This document shows, one piece after another, positions 1 through 11,213 of a stretch of 64,000 nucleotides of DNA. The DNA is taken from the NCBI RefSeq assembly GCF_054482595.1, contig NZ_CM137008.1, one strand, 5' to 3'. Made by a program: the position numbers and the translations under genes. How positions within the stretch are numbered: position 1 is the stretch's first letter; the number at the start of each line of letters is the position of its first letter. Under the pieces are notes generated by a model. The model saw only the letters and a program-made list of their open reading frames with translations, did no database searches and had not been told where the DNA came from.

Positions 1-2727
<2,727 letters not shown>

Positions 2728-3040
2728 GCTTACCTTCCCTGAACGAGCTAACATAAATGCGCCCTTTCTAGCACAGCGAAAAAATGTAAATCCTGATAGC
2801 AATATGATTGAAAATTAATAACTTTTCGTTAGGCAGTTTTGGGTGTGAGTTGCAAGAGGGGAGACTACTGAATAACTCAAGTTTTATAATCGAGGGGAAA
2901 ATGGTGATGGCGTTCATAGCAAAACGCCCTCAACCATAAAGGTCGAGGGCGCTTAAGATGTTAAAAATCCGCTATCCGTTAAAAAACAATGTTCAACTAA
3001 GGTCAGTAACATTGCGCTAAAAAAGCGAATTTTTAGAATT

Positions 3041-3116
3041 TGGCTCCTCTGACTGGACTCGAACCAGTGACATACGGATTAACAGTCCGCCGTTCTACCG
3101 ACTGAACTACAGAGGA
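3041..3116 (-). tRNA. asnT: tRNA-Asn (GUU)
   Basis: Reverse complement reads TCCTCTGTAGTTCAGTCGGTAGAACGGCGGACTGTTAATCCGTATGTCACTGGTTCGAGTCCAGTCAGAGGAGCCA, a canonical cloverleaf with GTT anticodon. Confidence 0.9.
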
Positions 3117-3216
3117 ATCGTGTGAACGGGGCGCATATTACTTAGCGGTACCTTGTCTGTCAACACTAAATTTCATAAGTCATTTCAATTGGTTAATTAA
3201 TCTGCAAAGTTGTTAA

Positions 3217-4014
3217 TTAATGAACATTCGTCGCCGAAAACGAGTCTGTATCATTAGTGCGATGCAGTCTCTGCAAAGGATCTTGTTGATAAAATTGGCA
3301 GAAACGTTGCCACAATGAAGGGAAACGAGGAGCAAAAAGTTCTGGGGCGCTAAAGAAATATTCAGAAAGTACGGCAAAACATTCAGCAGGATCACTGGCA
3401 GCATAAGCATCAATGCTCGCCGCATTCTCGCCAACCAATTCGATTTCTTCCTGAATGTTGTTCATTGCAGCATGAAGATCGTGTTCCCAGCCAGCAACCT
3501 CACGCAACGGAATAAAGGGAACTCCGCTGGCGCGATCGCCGTTACGGGTGTCCAGCTTATGAGCGACTTCATGAATAATCAGGTTAAAACCAGATGCATC
3601 AAAAGAATCTTGTATATCCAACCAGTTCAAAACGATAGGCCCTTGCTGCCAGCTCTGACCTGACTGAACAATACGTTGGTTATGCACCAGACCGATATCG
3701 TCTTCCCATTCATCATCGACCACAAATGGCGCAGGATAAATTAAGACTTCATGAAAACCATCCAGCCATTCCAGTCCTAACTCCAGAACGGGTAGGCAAA
3801 ATAGAAGTGCTATCCGGCAGCTTCTTAATGAATCCAGTTCAAAGCCCTGTAAAGGAACAAGCCGCTTTTGCTGTAAAAAACGTTCGGCAAGAGTGACTAA
3901 TTTGCTTTGTTCCTGTTCCGTCAGACCCGTTAAAAGGGGGATCGATAGTGCTTCCTGCCAGGGAAGGGCAGTTTGATATGCTGATTCTTGTACTTTCCAG
4001 GGCCACTTAATCAT
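3217..4014 (-). CDS. mtfA: Mlc titration factor A (zinc-dependent peptidase family)
   Basis: ORF 3217..4053 trimmed to internal start [20 protein letters not shown] (265 aa); HEVAH zinc motif present. Confidence 0.85.
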   Translation of the reverse strand: MIKWPWKVQESAYQTALPWQEALSIPLLTGLTEQEQSKLVTLAERFLQQKRLVPLQGFELDSLRSCRIALLFCLPVLELGLEWLDGFHEVLIYPAPFVVDDEWEDDIGLVHNQRIVQSGQSWQQGPIVLNWLDIQDSFDASGFNLIIHEVAHKLDTRNGDRASGVPFIPLREVAGWEHDLHAAMNNIQEEIELVGENAASIDAYAASDPAECFAVLSEYFFSAPELFAPRFPSLWQRFCQFYQQDPLQRLHRTNDTDSFSATNVH

Positions 4015-4106
4015 CGTTTTGCTCGCAAACTCGTCACTTGAACAAAATTGCACGGACAGGGACTGTTAAAATGCCAAATTTCCTGGCATCATGGCAACCA
4101 TCTGAA

Positions 4107-4196
4107 CGGAGAGATGCCGGAGCGGCTGAACGGACCGGTCTCGAAAACCGGAGTGGGGGCAACTCCACCGGGGGTTCAAATCCCCCTCTCTCCGCC
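4107..4196 (+). tRNA. serU: tRNA-Ser (CGA), 90 nt with long variable arm; 3' part is the phage attachment core
   Basis: GGAGAGATGCCGGAGCGGCTGAACGGACCGGTCTCGAAAACCGG...GGTTCAAATCCCCCTCTCTCCGCCA; anticodon loop CTCGAAA. Confidence 0.9.
4135..4196. repeat. attL core: 62-bp direct repeat (2 mismatches) shared with attR
   Basis: cggtctcgaaaaccggagt[g/a]ggggcaactc[c/t]accgggggttcaaatccccctctctccgcca found at 4135-4196 and 43190-43251. Confidence 0.85.
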
Positions 4197-4243
4197 AAAA
4201 TTCAATCACTTACACATCATTAAGTCAGTGACAAAAATCACAC

Positions 4244-4278
4244 TTGGAATTACTTGGAATATTTTCTTGGAATATTTT
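4244..4278. promoter_or_regulatory. Three direct copies of TTGGAAT(ATTTTC): candidate integrase arm-type binding sites (P' arm)
   Basis: Copies at 4244, 4254, 4267; same motif at 43079-43089 and inverted at 43141-43150 near attR; overlaps int 3' end. Confidence 0.4.
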
Positions 4279-5275
4279 CAGGTAACGGGACATCAAGTGT
4301 TGGTGAAACTTTAACCTTCCTGTCATAGATTAGCACTTGCCCTTCGGTTTTGTGACCAGAGAAAAGTTGCTTATCCCGGCTGCTTCCTTCATAGTCTGAA
4401 ATTCCTTTCGCCTTCAGATCATGAAAGGTGAAGTCGGTTAAAATACCTGAAATTTTTCCAGCACGATTTCTTGCATCTACCCACATTTCGTTAAAGCCTT
4501 TGTACATATATCGGTTGCCGTATTGATTGCTGATCACATAGGCAGATTTTGGTAACTGTTTTGCTTTTTCGATCGCTGCCTGTAATCGTGGACTCCATGC
4601 TTTTATCTGTTTTTTTCCGGTTTTCCCTTGCTGGATGAATATCCCGTCGTTTCCAATCTGTTCCCATTTCAGCGATAACACATCGGAAACCCTCGCTGCA
4701 CACAGATAGGCAATTTCCATTGCGATAAAAACAGGAAGAGGTGCAACGCTTAATACTGCCTGGTATTCTTTGTCGGTTACATATCGTTCGCGGTTTTTGG
4801 CCTTGAATTTACTTACACCTGCACATGGGTTAGCCTTCACGTACCCTCGCTCATACCCCCAACTGTAAACACGGGACATACTGCTTTTTTCATGGTTGGC
4901 TTGCGTTTTACTCTGCTCCCCTCTTTTGTCCATGTATCGACGGATGTGTTCTGGTTTTATGGAATCCGCTGGTACCTTACCGAATACGGCAAGCAACTTT
5001 TTTTGATGTTGCAGATAATCTTTTTGTGTTCTTGGACTAAGGTCACTGTAATAGGCGCTGGCGAGGAATTTTTCCCACAAGCGACCGAATGTCATTGCAC
5101 GATCGCGATTATTTACAGTTTCCTCATACTTTTTCCATAAAGCAGCTAAACCATCCTTGATGGCGGTTAGTGTGACAGATTCTCTGGATGTTGGTTTCCA
5201 TACATAACTATATTTATTTGGGTATACATTTGGAGGTAATTTTTCGTGTTCAGGATTTTTCCTTCGTCTTCCCAT
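4250..5275 (-). CDS. int: Tyrosine recombinase / phage integrase
   Basis: 341-aa ORF adjacent to attL; C-terminal catalytic region with R...HxLR...Y-type residues (FTFHDLKAKG...LFSGHKTEGQVLIYDRK). Confidence 0.85.
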   Translation of the reverse strand: MGRRRKNPEHEKLPPNVYPNKYSYVWKPTSRESVTLTAIKDGLAALWKKYEETVNNRDRAMTFGRLWEKFLASAYYSDLSPRTQKDYLQHQKKLLAVFGKVPADSIKPEHIRRYMDKRGEQSKTQANHEKSSMSRVYSWGYERGYVKANPCAGVSKFKAKNRERYVTDKEYQAVLSVAPLPVFIAMEIAYLCAARVSDVLSLKWEQIGNDGIFIQQGKTGKKQIKAWSPRLQAAIEKAKQLPKSAYVISNQYGNRYMYKGFNEMWVDARNRAGKISGILTDFTFHDLKAKGISDYEGSSRDKQLFSGHKTEGQVLIYDRKVKVSPTLDVPLPENIPRKYSK

Positions 5276-5478
5276 CAGATCGCACCAAAATTCGGCTCTA
5301 CCTCGCGTGGTGGTAAAGTTTTATTGCAGGTAAATAGATCCCGGCTGACAATCGGTTTGCCACTACGATTGGTATAGAACGGAAGCCCGTTTTCCATTAA
5401 CCATTTTCGCTGGTGGCTTGCATATTTGCAGCCCGTTAATATTTGCAATTCATCTTCGGTTAAAAATAAGCTGCTCAT
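5275..5478 (-). CDS. xis: Excisionase-like small DNA-binding protein
   Basis: 67-aa ORF directly upstream of int with 1-nt stop/start overlap. Confidence 0.6.
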   Translation of the reverse strand: MSSLFLTEDELQILTGCKYASHQRKWLMENGLPFYTNRSGKPIVSRDLFTCNKTLPPREVEPNFGAI

Positions 5479-5536
5479 AGCTATATCTCATAACCGCCGC
5501 TAACTATATACGGTTAGCGGCAATTAGGGTTGAACA

Positions 5537-7978
5537 TTAAAAATCAGCCTGACTCGGGATCAGTTTTTGCCAGATAGCTGAAACGTATTTTGCCTGGTAA
5601 CGAGCGTCATCAAGTGCATTATGGCGCTCACCTTCGAATGGAATAGCCGTTCTGGCATCGAAGTCTATGGCTTTCCCCAGCTCAACGATTGTGCGTACAT
5701 CGCGATCGTTGTAGTAACGCCACGGGCAGGGGATCCCCTGCCGTTCGTATGAACGGCGCAAAATCGTGTTGTCGAAGTTGGCTCCATTTCCCCAGACCTG
5801 AACAAAAAATTCACCGGAGTTTTCGTCGATAAATTCCCGCAATTGTAACAGTGCATCATCTAACGGGATTTCATCGGTCATAATGGCAGATTGCGCTTCG
5901 CGTGATTGCTTAAGCCACCATTTAATGGTGTCCCGATCAATGACTCCGCCAGCAGTTTCCAGATCGATAGTCTTACTAAATTCCGGTCCCATATCTCCGG
6001 TTTGCGGATCGAAAAATATTGCACCTATTGAGATGATCGGGGCATCAGGATTTTTTCCCATGGTTTCAAGGTCGATCATTAGATGGTCACACGTCCTGCT
6101 GGTGGATGTGATTTCGTGATGACCGTTCACCTTAATTGAGTGATCTGCCGTCTCGCCAGTTTTATTATCGCTGGCGTGATGCTGATTGCCGCCAGGGTTC
6201 TCCTTGTGTGGATGTTCAGCGCCTTCCATTTCCTCCGGATCATTTTCCTGAACTTCAACCTGATTCTCTTCATCGAATGTTTCCTGGTATGTTGCGTCGC
6301 CCATCACCGCGCCACAATCAGGGCAGTTGACGCCACCGCTCTGACCGCAGGCGGTGCAGACTTTTTCCGGTTCCTGTTGCGCTACTGATTCGGATTGTTT
6401 CGTTTCTGGCTCGTTTTGTAACGCATTTGGGCTGTTTTGTTCCGCTTTTTGGTCGTTCCGTTCCGATTCATGCTGGTTCTGGTTCACAGAATCGCGAGTC
6501 TGGATCCCCTTGACCCATTTCGGATCATTAGGGTCGCTAATCCCCTCAACAAATTCACCACGCGATACAGCAAGTAACTTATCGGCGTCAGGCTGGCTGA
6601 TATTGGCTGCCTGCATAATTTTGTTTACTTCGTCAGCGGTGACTTTTACTTGGTTAGCGGAACTCACCTGCGACTGAGCATCCAGCGACTGCGCGTTCTG
6701 GCCATGTTCAGTTGTATCCGGTTCCATTGTTTCAGTTGTTGCCTGTTCACCTGCCATTGCGTCAGATGGTTGTGGTTTTTCTTCTTCTGTTTCACGCTCA
6801 GTAACCACCTCGCGGTTAATTTCTTCCAGGATATCTTTTTCCGGCGTATGCCGGGCAGCTGTGAGAGTTTCCTTGCTGGGGTTCTCGTGATCAGTTTCCG
6901 TCAAATAGGCGTTGATATACCCCTGAAGGCGTCCCGGGTAGTGATAAAATTCAGGGTGTGCGCTTCGGATAAGTGCAAAAATAGCGGCGCGGGAATAGTC
7001 CAGAATACCCGGGGTTGCACGAAGTGCTGCGGACCATTCTTTGAACGGACTTTCTTTGTTCAGGACTACTTCTTTTGCGCGACGATAAACGCTGCCCGGA
7101 ATTTCATAAATATTAAAATCCATCGGAAGTGTGGCTGCTGCAATCTCCACATCCAGTGTGTCGAGGGTGTGTACTAAATTCGGATTGCGATCGGTTTTGT
7201 TCCCACCGCCAGCATTAGCACCGGAAGCCGTGCGGGTGATGCGTGAAACACGATTTCCTTTCATCCACTCTTTTGTCAGCAGACCCCGATCAGTGTAGTC
7301 AGCGTCCAGGTATGCTTCGAAAAAAGCAGTTATTAGTCCCAGGTCTGAATTACCAGGATTAGGGAAAACTTTGTCAGTGTCACGAACCAGTTTGTGGAGG
7401 TCGCGAATCTCCAGCGAGTCGAGCAGACTGGTTTTATGCGAAATAGCCAGGGCAGTAACAGCCGGTAGTTCTTCAGCCCGTGCAATGTGTAATGCCTGGA
7501 GTTCGTCGCGTGAAACGTGCGTTACTGGTTTTTCGCTGCCGTGTTGAGCAAGCCAACGAATGGGCAGTTCCTGACCGGAGACAGGCAGAAGCATGCTCTC
7601 CTCAATCTCAGTCATGTCTTCGCCGTTGATGTTGGTATTGTCAGTGCTGGCTGGTTTGTCCTGAACAGAGGGGGAAGGGCCGATAAATGTCATTGTGATG
7701 CCATCTTTCCCGCCTTTTTCATAGCGGTTGCAGAATTCAGTATCAAACACGCCTTCTGGCGGAAGGTCGTCAACAACGGGCAAATTGACGCGGACGGGTT
7801 TTTTAAAGTCGTCTTCATCATAATCGTTGTCATCCATTGCGGTAATGCAGCGGGAGATTGCAACAGATAATTTTTTTGCTGTAGTCCAGTAAAAACCACC
7901 TTTAATTCCCAGGCGTTTTCTTACTTTGTCATTTTTTGCTTCGCAATATAGTGCAAATTCTTCTTTATCAGTGCTCAT
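5537..7978 (-). CDS. Large phage early protein with C-terminal DEDDh (DnaQ-like) 3'-5' exonuclease domain
   Basis: 813 aa; C-terminal motifs [21 protein letters not shown]; upstream Cys4 cluster [16 protein letters not shown]; long acidic low-complexity linker. Confidence 0.6.
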   Translation of the reverse strand: MSTDKEEFALYCEAKNDKVRKRLGIKGGFYWTTAKKLSVAISRCITAMDDNDYDEDDFKKPVRVNLPVVDDLPPEGVFDTEFCNRYEKGGKDGITMTFIGPSPSVQDKPASTDNTNINGEDMTEIEESMLLPVSGQELPIRWLAQHGSEKPVTHVSRDELQALHIARAEELPAVTALAISHKTSLLDSLEIRDLHKLVRDTDKVFPNPGNSDLGLITAFFEAYLDADYTDRGLLTKEWMKGNRVSRITRTASGANAGGGNKTDRNPNLVHTLDTLDVEIAAATLPMDFNIYEIPGSVYRRAKEVVLNKESPFKEWSAALRATPGILDYSRAAIFALIRSAHPEFYHYPGRLQGYINAYLTETDHENPSKETLTAARHTPEKDILEEINREVVTERETEEEKPQPSDAMAGEQATTETMEPDTTEHGQNAQSLDAQSQVSSANQVKVTADEVNKIMQAANISQPDADKLLAVSRGEFVEGISDPNDPKWVKGIQTRDSVNQNQHESERNDQKAEQNSPNALQNEPETKQSESVAQQEPEKVCTACGQSGGVNCPDCGAVMGDATYQETFDEENQVEVQENDPEEMEGAEHPHKENPGGNQHHASDNKTGETADHSIKVNGHHEITSTSRTCDHLMIDLETMGKNPDAPIISIGAIFFDPQTGDMGPEFSKTIDLETAGGVIDRDTIKWWLKQSREAQSAIMTDEIPLDDALLQLREFIDENSGEFFVQVWGNGANFDNTILRRSYERQGIPCPWRYYNDRDVRTIVELGKAIDFDARTAIPFEGERHNALDDARYQAKYVSAIWQKLIPSQADF

Positions 7979-8071
7979 TATTGGTAAACCTCATCACAGA
8001 TTTAAGGGTGAACAAATCTCTGCCATTGCTGACATATAAGAATGAAACTGGATATTTATTACGGTGCTGTT

Positions 8072-8263
8072 TTAAAATCCTGCCGGGATTTCGTTATTAT
8101 CCTGGTGAATAACTTTATCGACCGGATAACAGTTGCCTGGAATTTTCTGTTCGGTTGCTGCTGCCATACATTCCTGCTTTGTTCTGTGAACACTGACTGC
8201 AATATCAACTGGCTCTCCGGAAACAAGAAAAACCGTCAGAATAAGTGCAAATACTGGATTCAT
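8072..8263 (-). CDS. ydfD: Small secreted/membrane protein, YdfD-like
   Basis: 63 aa MNPVFALILTVFLVSGEPV... with N-terminal hydrophobic segment; start overlaps dicB stop (ATGA). Confidence 0.5.
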   Translation of the reverse strand: MNPVFALILTVFLVSGEPVDIAVSVHRTKQECMAAATEQKIPGNCYPVDKVIHQDNNEIPAGF

Positions 8264-8448
8264 TGTGCACATCCTTTTGGCATCATACGTAAACGGGCCA
8301 GCATTGAAACAATGCATACTTTATTTAATAACTCCCGTTCGTGTTTTCTTTTGTTAATGGCATCTTCAGTAAATACAGGATTACTGATAGTGACACCAAT
8401 TTCAAAACAACCTTCAGACGTATTAACGTTTGGTAATAACGTTTTCAT
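8260..8448 (-). CDS. dicB: Cell division inhibitor DicB
   Basis: 62 aa MKTLLPNVNTSEGCFEIGVTISNPVFTEDAINKRKHERELLNKVCIVSMLARLRMMPKGCAQ, matching my recollection of Qin DicB. Confidence 0.75.
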   Translation of the reverse strand: MKTLLPNVNTSEGCFEIGVTISNPVFTEDAINKRKHERELLNKVCIVSMLARLRMMPKGCAQ

Positions 8449-8617
8449 TATCGCGCCCTCAACAATGAGTTTTGTGATGCGGTGCCTGGTGCCTCCAGGT
8501 GACGTTAACCAGTTAACAATTAACGCCGGATACAGAGAATCCACCCATAACACTGTTTTTGGTTTTAACTGTTCCGCGTGCGCTTAGCCGCATTCACCGC
8601 ATCACAAAATTCACTTT

Positions 8618-8675
8618 AAAAAGGGCGGCAGAGCAGTCACGGAGTAAAACTGATACCGCCAAACGTCACCAGAAA
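8618..8675 (-). ncRNA. dicF: DicF small RNA (ftsZ-targeting sRNA of the dicB operon)
   Basis: Minus strand reads TTTCTGGTGACGTTTGGCGGTATCAGTTTTACTCCGTGACTGCTCTGCCGCCCTTTTT, matching remembered DicF with terminal hairpin and U-run. Confidence 0.7.
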
Positions 8676-9015
8676 ATTGATAACAGAGGGCGTTGCAGCG
8701 GGGTTGTCACTTAAGCGTATGGTCAACCTGACAACCCGGTGTCCTCAACGGGGAAGGAATAACCCCGCCATACTTACCGCCGCGCCATTTCGCGGAGTGC
8801 CACAACCGGAAGCGCACGGTCGACGAAAATTTAACGACAGGCTATCTATGAACCAGCTACCTCGCCGTGCGCTTTCGCGTTATGGTCTGACTTTTCAGGG
8901 AAATATCCTTTCAGTAAACTGTCAGTGCCGGATGCTCACCCGTGTCCGGCGCACGCACTCCACCTCACCCGTGGAGAACTCCTTAATTACCAACCTTAGC
9001 TTCGTTGGTTAGCTA

Positions 9016-9234
9016 TTAACGCGGGTATGTAATCATTCTGGCAATGCTTAATGCCGCTGCTTTTTCCAGATTGGTGATATCCTGCTCCAGAGCGGACAGA
9101 TTTTCAGCCTGCTTAGCCCTGGCTTCATTAGCCCATTTCAGATCCTGCGCTGCATTAATTTTCTGGCGCATCCACTCATAAAGTTCATCATCGGTATAGT
9201 CTGGCGCGATTATGACGGGTTCTCGTTTCTGCAT
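9016..9234 (-). CDS. ydfC: Small early-operon protein, YdfC-like
   Basis: 72 aa from MQKREPVIIAPDYTDDELYEWMRQ...; position upstream of dicF as in Qin. Confidence 0.5.
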   Translation of the reverse strand: MQKREPVIIAPDYTDDELYEWMRQKINAAQDLKWANEARAKQAENLSALEQDITNLEKAAALSIARMITYPR

Positions 9235-9326
9235 GTCAGCTCCTTGTGGTTCGCATTGCCTGCTTTTAACCACGTCAGGCGAGGTGGTATCCTCTGAGGG
9301 GTCTGTTACTCGAGAGGAAATTGGTT

Positions 9327-9527
9327 ATGAATACAATCAAGTTTTCTTGCCCAGAATGTGGTGGCGAAGTCTTTGACACATCCTTTAAGCCGCAGGGCTC
9401 TGACAGTTTCGCGGGAGCCATCTGCAAAAATTGTGGTCACCTTGTAACTGAAGATGAGTCCTCGCAGTTCGATGACGAAATCGTTGACAATATCTTCGGT
9501 GCACTCACCAGAGACTTTCTGAAATAA
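9327..9527 (+). CDS. Small zinc-ribbon protein (CxxC...CxxC)
   Basis: MNTIKFSCPECGGEVFDTSFKPQGSDSFAGAICKNCGHLV...; SD-like gagaggaaa ~7 nt upstream; antisense to leftward early operon and overlaps minus-strand ORF 9306..9662, so only one is likely real. Confidence 0.4.
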   Translation: MNTIKFSCPECGGEVFDTSFKPQGSDSFAGAICKNCGHLVTEDESSQFDDEIVDNIFGALTRDFLK

Positions 9528-9851
9528 AGACGCATACCGCTTAGTTACCGCTCTGATAACTCTTACCTGTCCGGCAATGGCGCTGATGTCAATATAAAGC
9601 GCCATTGCTGCTTCTTTGCCGATCCCGTGATGCCTTCCATTCTGATGTTTGACTTCGCCCACTGAGAAATCCTCTGTTTCCCCTTAACGCCGGGGTAGCG
9701 GAACAAAAACCTGCTGCATAGTTATTAAAGTTGGACCCTGCCGTCATGTTCTTACGCCTCGGGCTGGCTACTTAACCCCTGACCACTGCCTGGTAACTCG
9801 AAGTATTGCCCTGCATTCTGTGGGGCGGGGTGGGTTGGTATGAAAAGAAGG

Positions 9852-9889
9852 ATACCCATAGGTATTTAAAAAGTAAATACCCATGGGTA
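9852..9889. promoter_or_regulatory. Candidate OL operator pair (palindromic TACCCAyrGGTA sites) and leftward early promoter region
   Basis: atacccataggtat (9852-9865) and tacccatgggta (9878-9889); related to acctgtgggtat sites between repressor and cro. Confidence 0.45.
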
Positions 9890-9931
9890 ACTTTTTGCGG
9901 TGTCTTAACTGGTGACTAGTTGTTTGGTGAG

Positions 9932-10351
9932 CTATGATGCGTTTTGTGCTTTCTTTTTACGGATTTCTTCGTAGATCATATTGTAATACTGTTTTTTCTC
10001 TTCAAGAGTTTTTAATAAGTTATCCGCTTCACTTTCTGGCAGTTCGTCTAAGAGATCTAAAAAAATACGTTGTCGTGGCGTTAGAACCCTTGTTTCATAA
10101 CTGGAGGCTGTGTTCGTTGATGATGAAACGATACCATCCATCCATCCCCGGGGTAACCCAAAGGACTCTTCGATAATCTCCACCATATCATCAGCGATCC
10201 GTTTTTTTCCCTTTTTCCCCTCTGGGTACAACATTCTTGATACATAAGAAGGCTCGCGCCCGATCTTTCTGGCCACGTTAACCGCTTTACCATCGCATTT
10301 CTCATCACGAATTTTGATGAGTTGCTGTCGTCTAAATTCATATTTGTCCAT
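9932..10351 (-). CDS. Prophage repressor (CI-like, HTH)
   Basis: 139 aa with HTH-like GKAVNVARKIGREPSYVSRM; divergent from cro-like gene; flanked by operator-like repeats. Confidence 0.65.
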   Translation of the reverse strand: MDKYEFRRQQLIKIRDEKCDGKAVNVARKIGREPSYVSRMLYPEGKKGKKRIADDMVEIIEESFGLPRGWMDGIVSSSTNTASSYETRVLTPRQRIFLDLLDELPESEADNLLKTLEEKKQYYNMIYEEIRKKKAQNAS

Positions 10352-10387
10352 AGGTAAATAATAGATGCGATTACCGCAAGGTAAACA

Positions 10388-10423
10388 ACCTGTGGGTATT
10401 GACTTTTGTTTACCTGTGGGTAT
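10388..10423. promoter_or_regulatory. Candidate OR operators: two direct copies of ACCTGTGGGTAT in the repressor/cro divergent region
   Basis: Copies at 10388-10399 and 10412-10423. Confidence 0.5.
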
Positions 10424-10451
10424 TCTTTACTGTGTTTACTAAGGAGTAGCT

Positions 10452-10733
10452 ATGGAAGAATTAAGAATATTTCTCAATTCTCTTTCGTCAGATGAACAGC
10501 GTATGTTTGCATGCGAGTGTGGTACCAGCATCGGTTATCTAAGAAAGGCATTGAGTAAAGGTCAAGTGTTAGGGGCATCGTTATGCGTCCTTATTGAGCG
10601 AGCCAGTAATGGTGAAGTTACACGTCAGCAACTAAGGCCTTTTGATTGGATGAATATTTGGCCCGAGCTGGAAGATACCAAAACGTTAACACAACCACTT
10701 TCTAGGAGCTTGATTCATGAAAATCAAGCATGA
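10452..10733 (+). CDS. Cro/YdaS-like HTH regulator
   Basis: 93 aa; AGGAG SD; first gene of rightward operon; helix-turn-helix-like CGTSIGYLRKALSKG. Confidence 0.6.
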   Translation: MEELRIFLNSLSSDEQRMFACECGTSIGYLRKALSKGQVLGASLCVLIERASNGEVTRQQLRPFDWMNIWPELEDTKTLTQPLSRSLIHENQA

Positions 10734-11142
10734 ACACATCCGCATGGCGATGAATGCCTGGGCGCATCCGGACGGTGAAAAAGTTCCGGCAGCTGAAATA
10801 ACCAGGGCTTATTTTGAACTGGGTATGACGTTCCCAGAACTGTATGACGACAGCCATCCGGAAGCCCTGGCTCGCAATACCCAGAAAATTTTCCGCTGGG
10901 TAGAGAAAGACACCCCTGATGCAGTTGAAAAAATTCAGGCGTTGTTACCAGCGATCGAAAAGGCAATGCCACCTTTGCTGGTGGCCAGAATGCGCAGCCA
11001 CAGTTCAGCTTATTTTCGGGAGCTGGTGGAGACGCGGGAGCGACTGGTGAGAGACGCTGATGATTTTGTCGCAGTGGCAATCGCCGGTTTCAATCAGATG
11101 AACCGTGGTGGCCCGGCAGGAAATGCTGTGGCAGTACATTGA
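10717..11142 (+). CDS. YdaT/CII-like early protein
   Basis: 141 aa, starts MKIKHEHIRMAMNAWAHPDGEK; follows cro-like gene as ydaS-ydaT in Rac-type prophages. Confidence 0.45.
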   Translation: MKIKHEHIRMAMNAWAHPDGEKVPAAEITRAYFELGMTFPELYDDSHPEALARNTQKIFRWVEKDTPDAVEKIQALLPAIEKAMPPLLVARMRSHSSAYFRELVETRERLVRDADDFVAVAIAGFNQMNRGGPAGNAVAVH

Positions 11143-11213
11143 CTGACAATAGCCATATCGAATCGCTTCCGGCAACTCGTGAGTAAAAAGATTCGGTATC
11201 AGAAGAGGTGAGT

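Noticed and set aside
6140-7177. Plus-strand ORFs of 82-175 aa
   Set aside because: Antisense inside the 813-aa exonuclease gene; Cys/Phe-rich spurious translations.
8677-9012. 111-aa plus-strand ORF between dicF and ydfC
   Set aside because: No RBS, Arg-rich low-complexity translation, and it lies in what should be the intercistronic region of the leftward operon.
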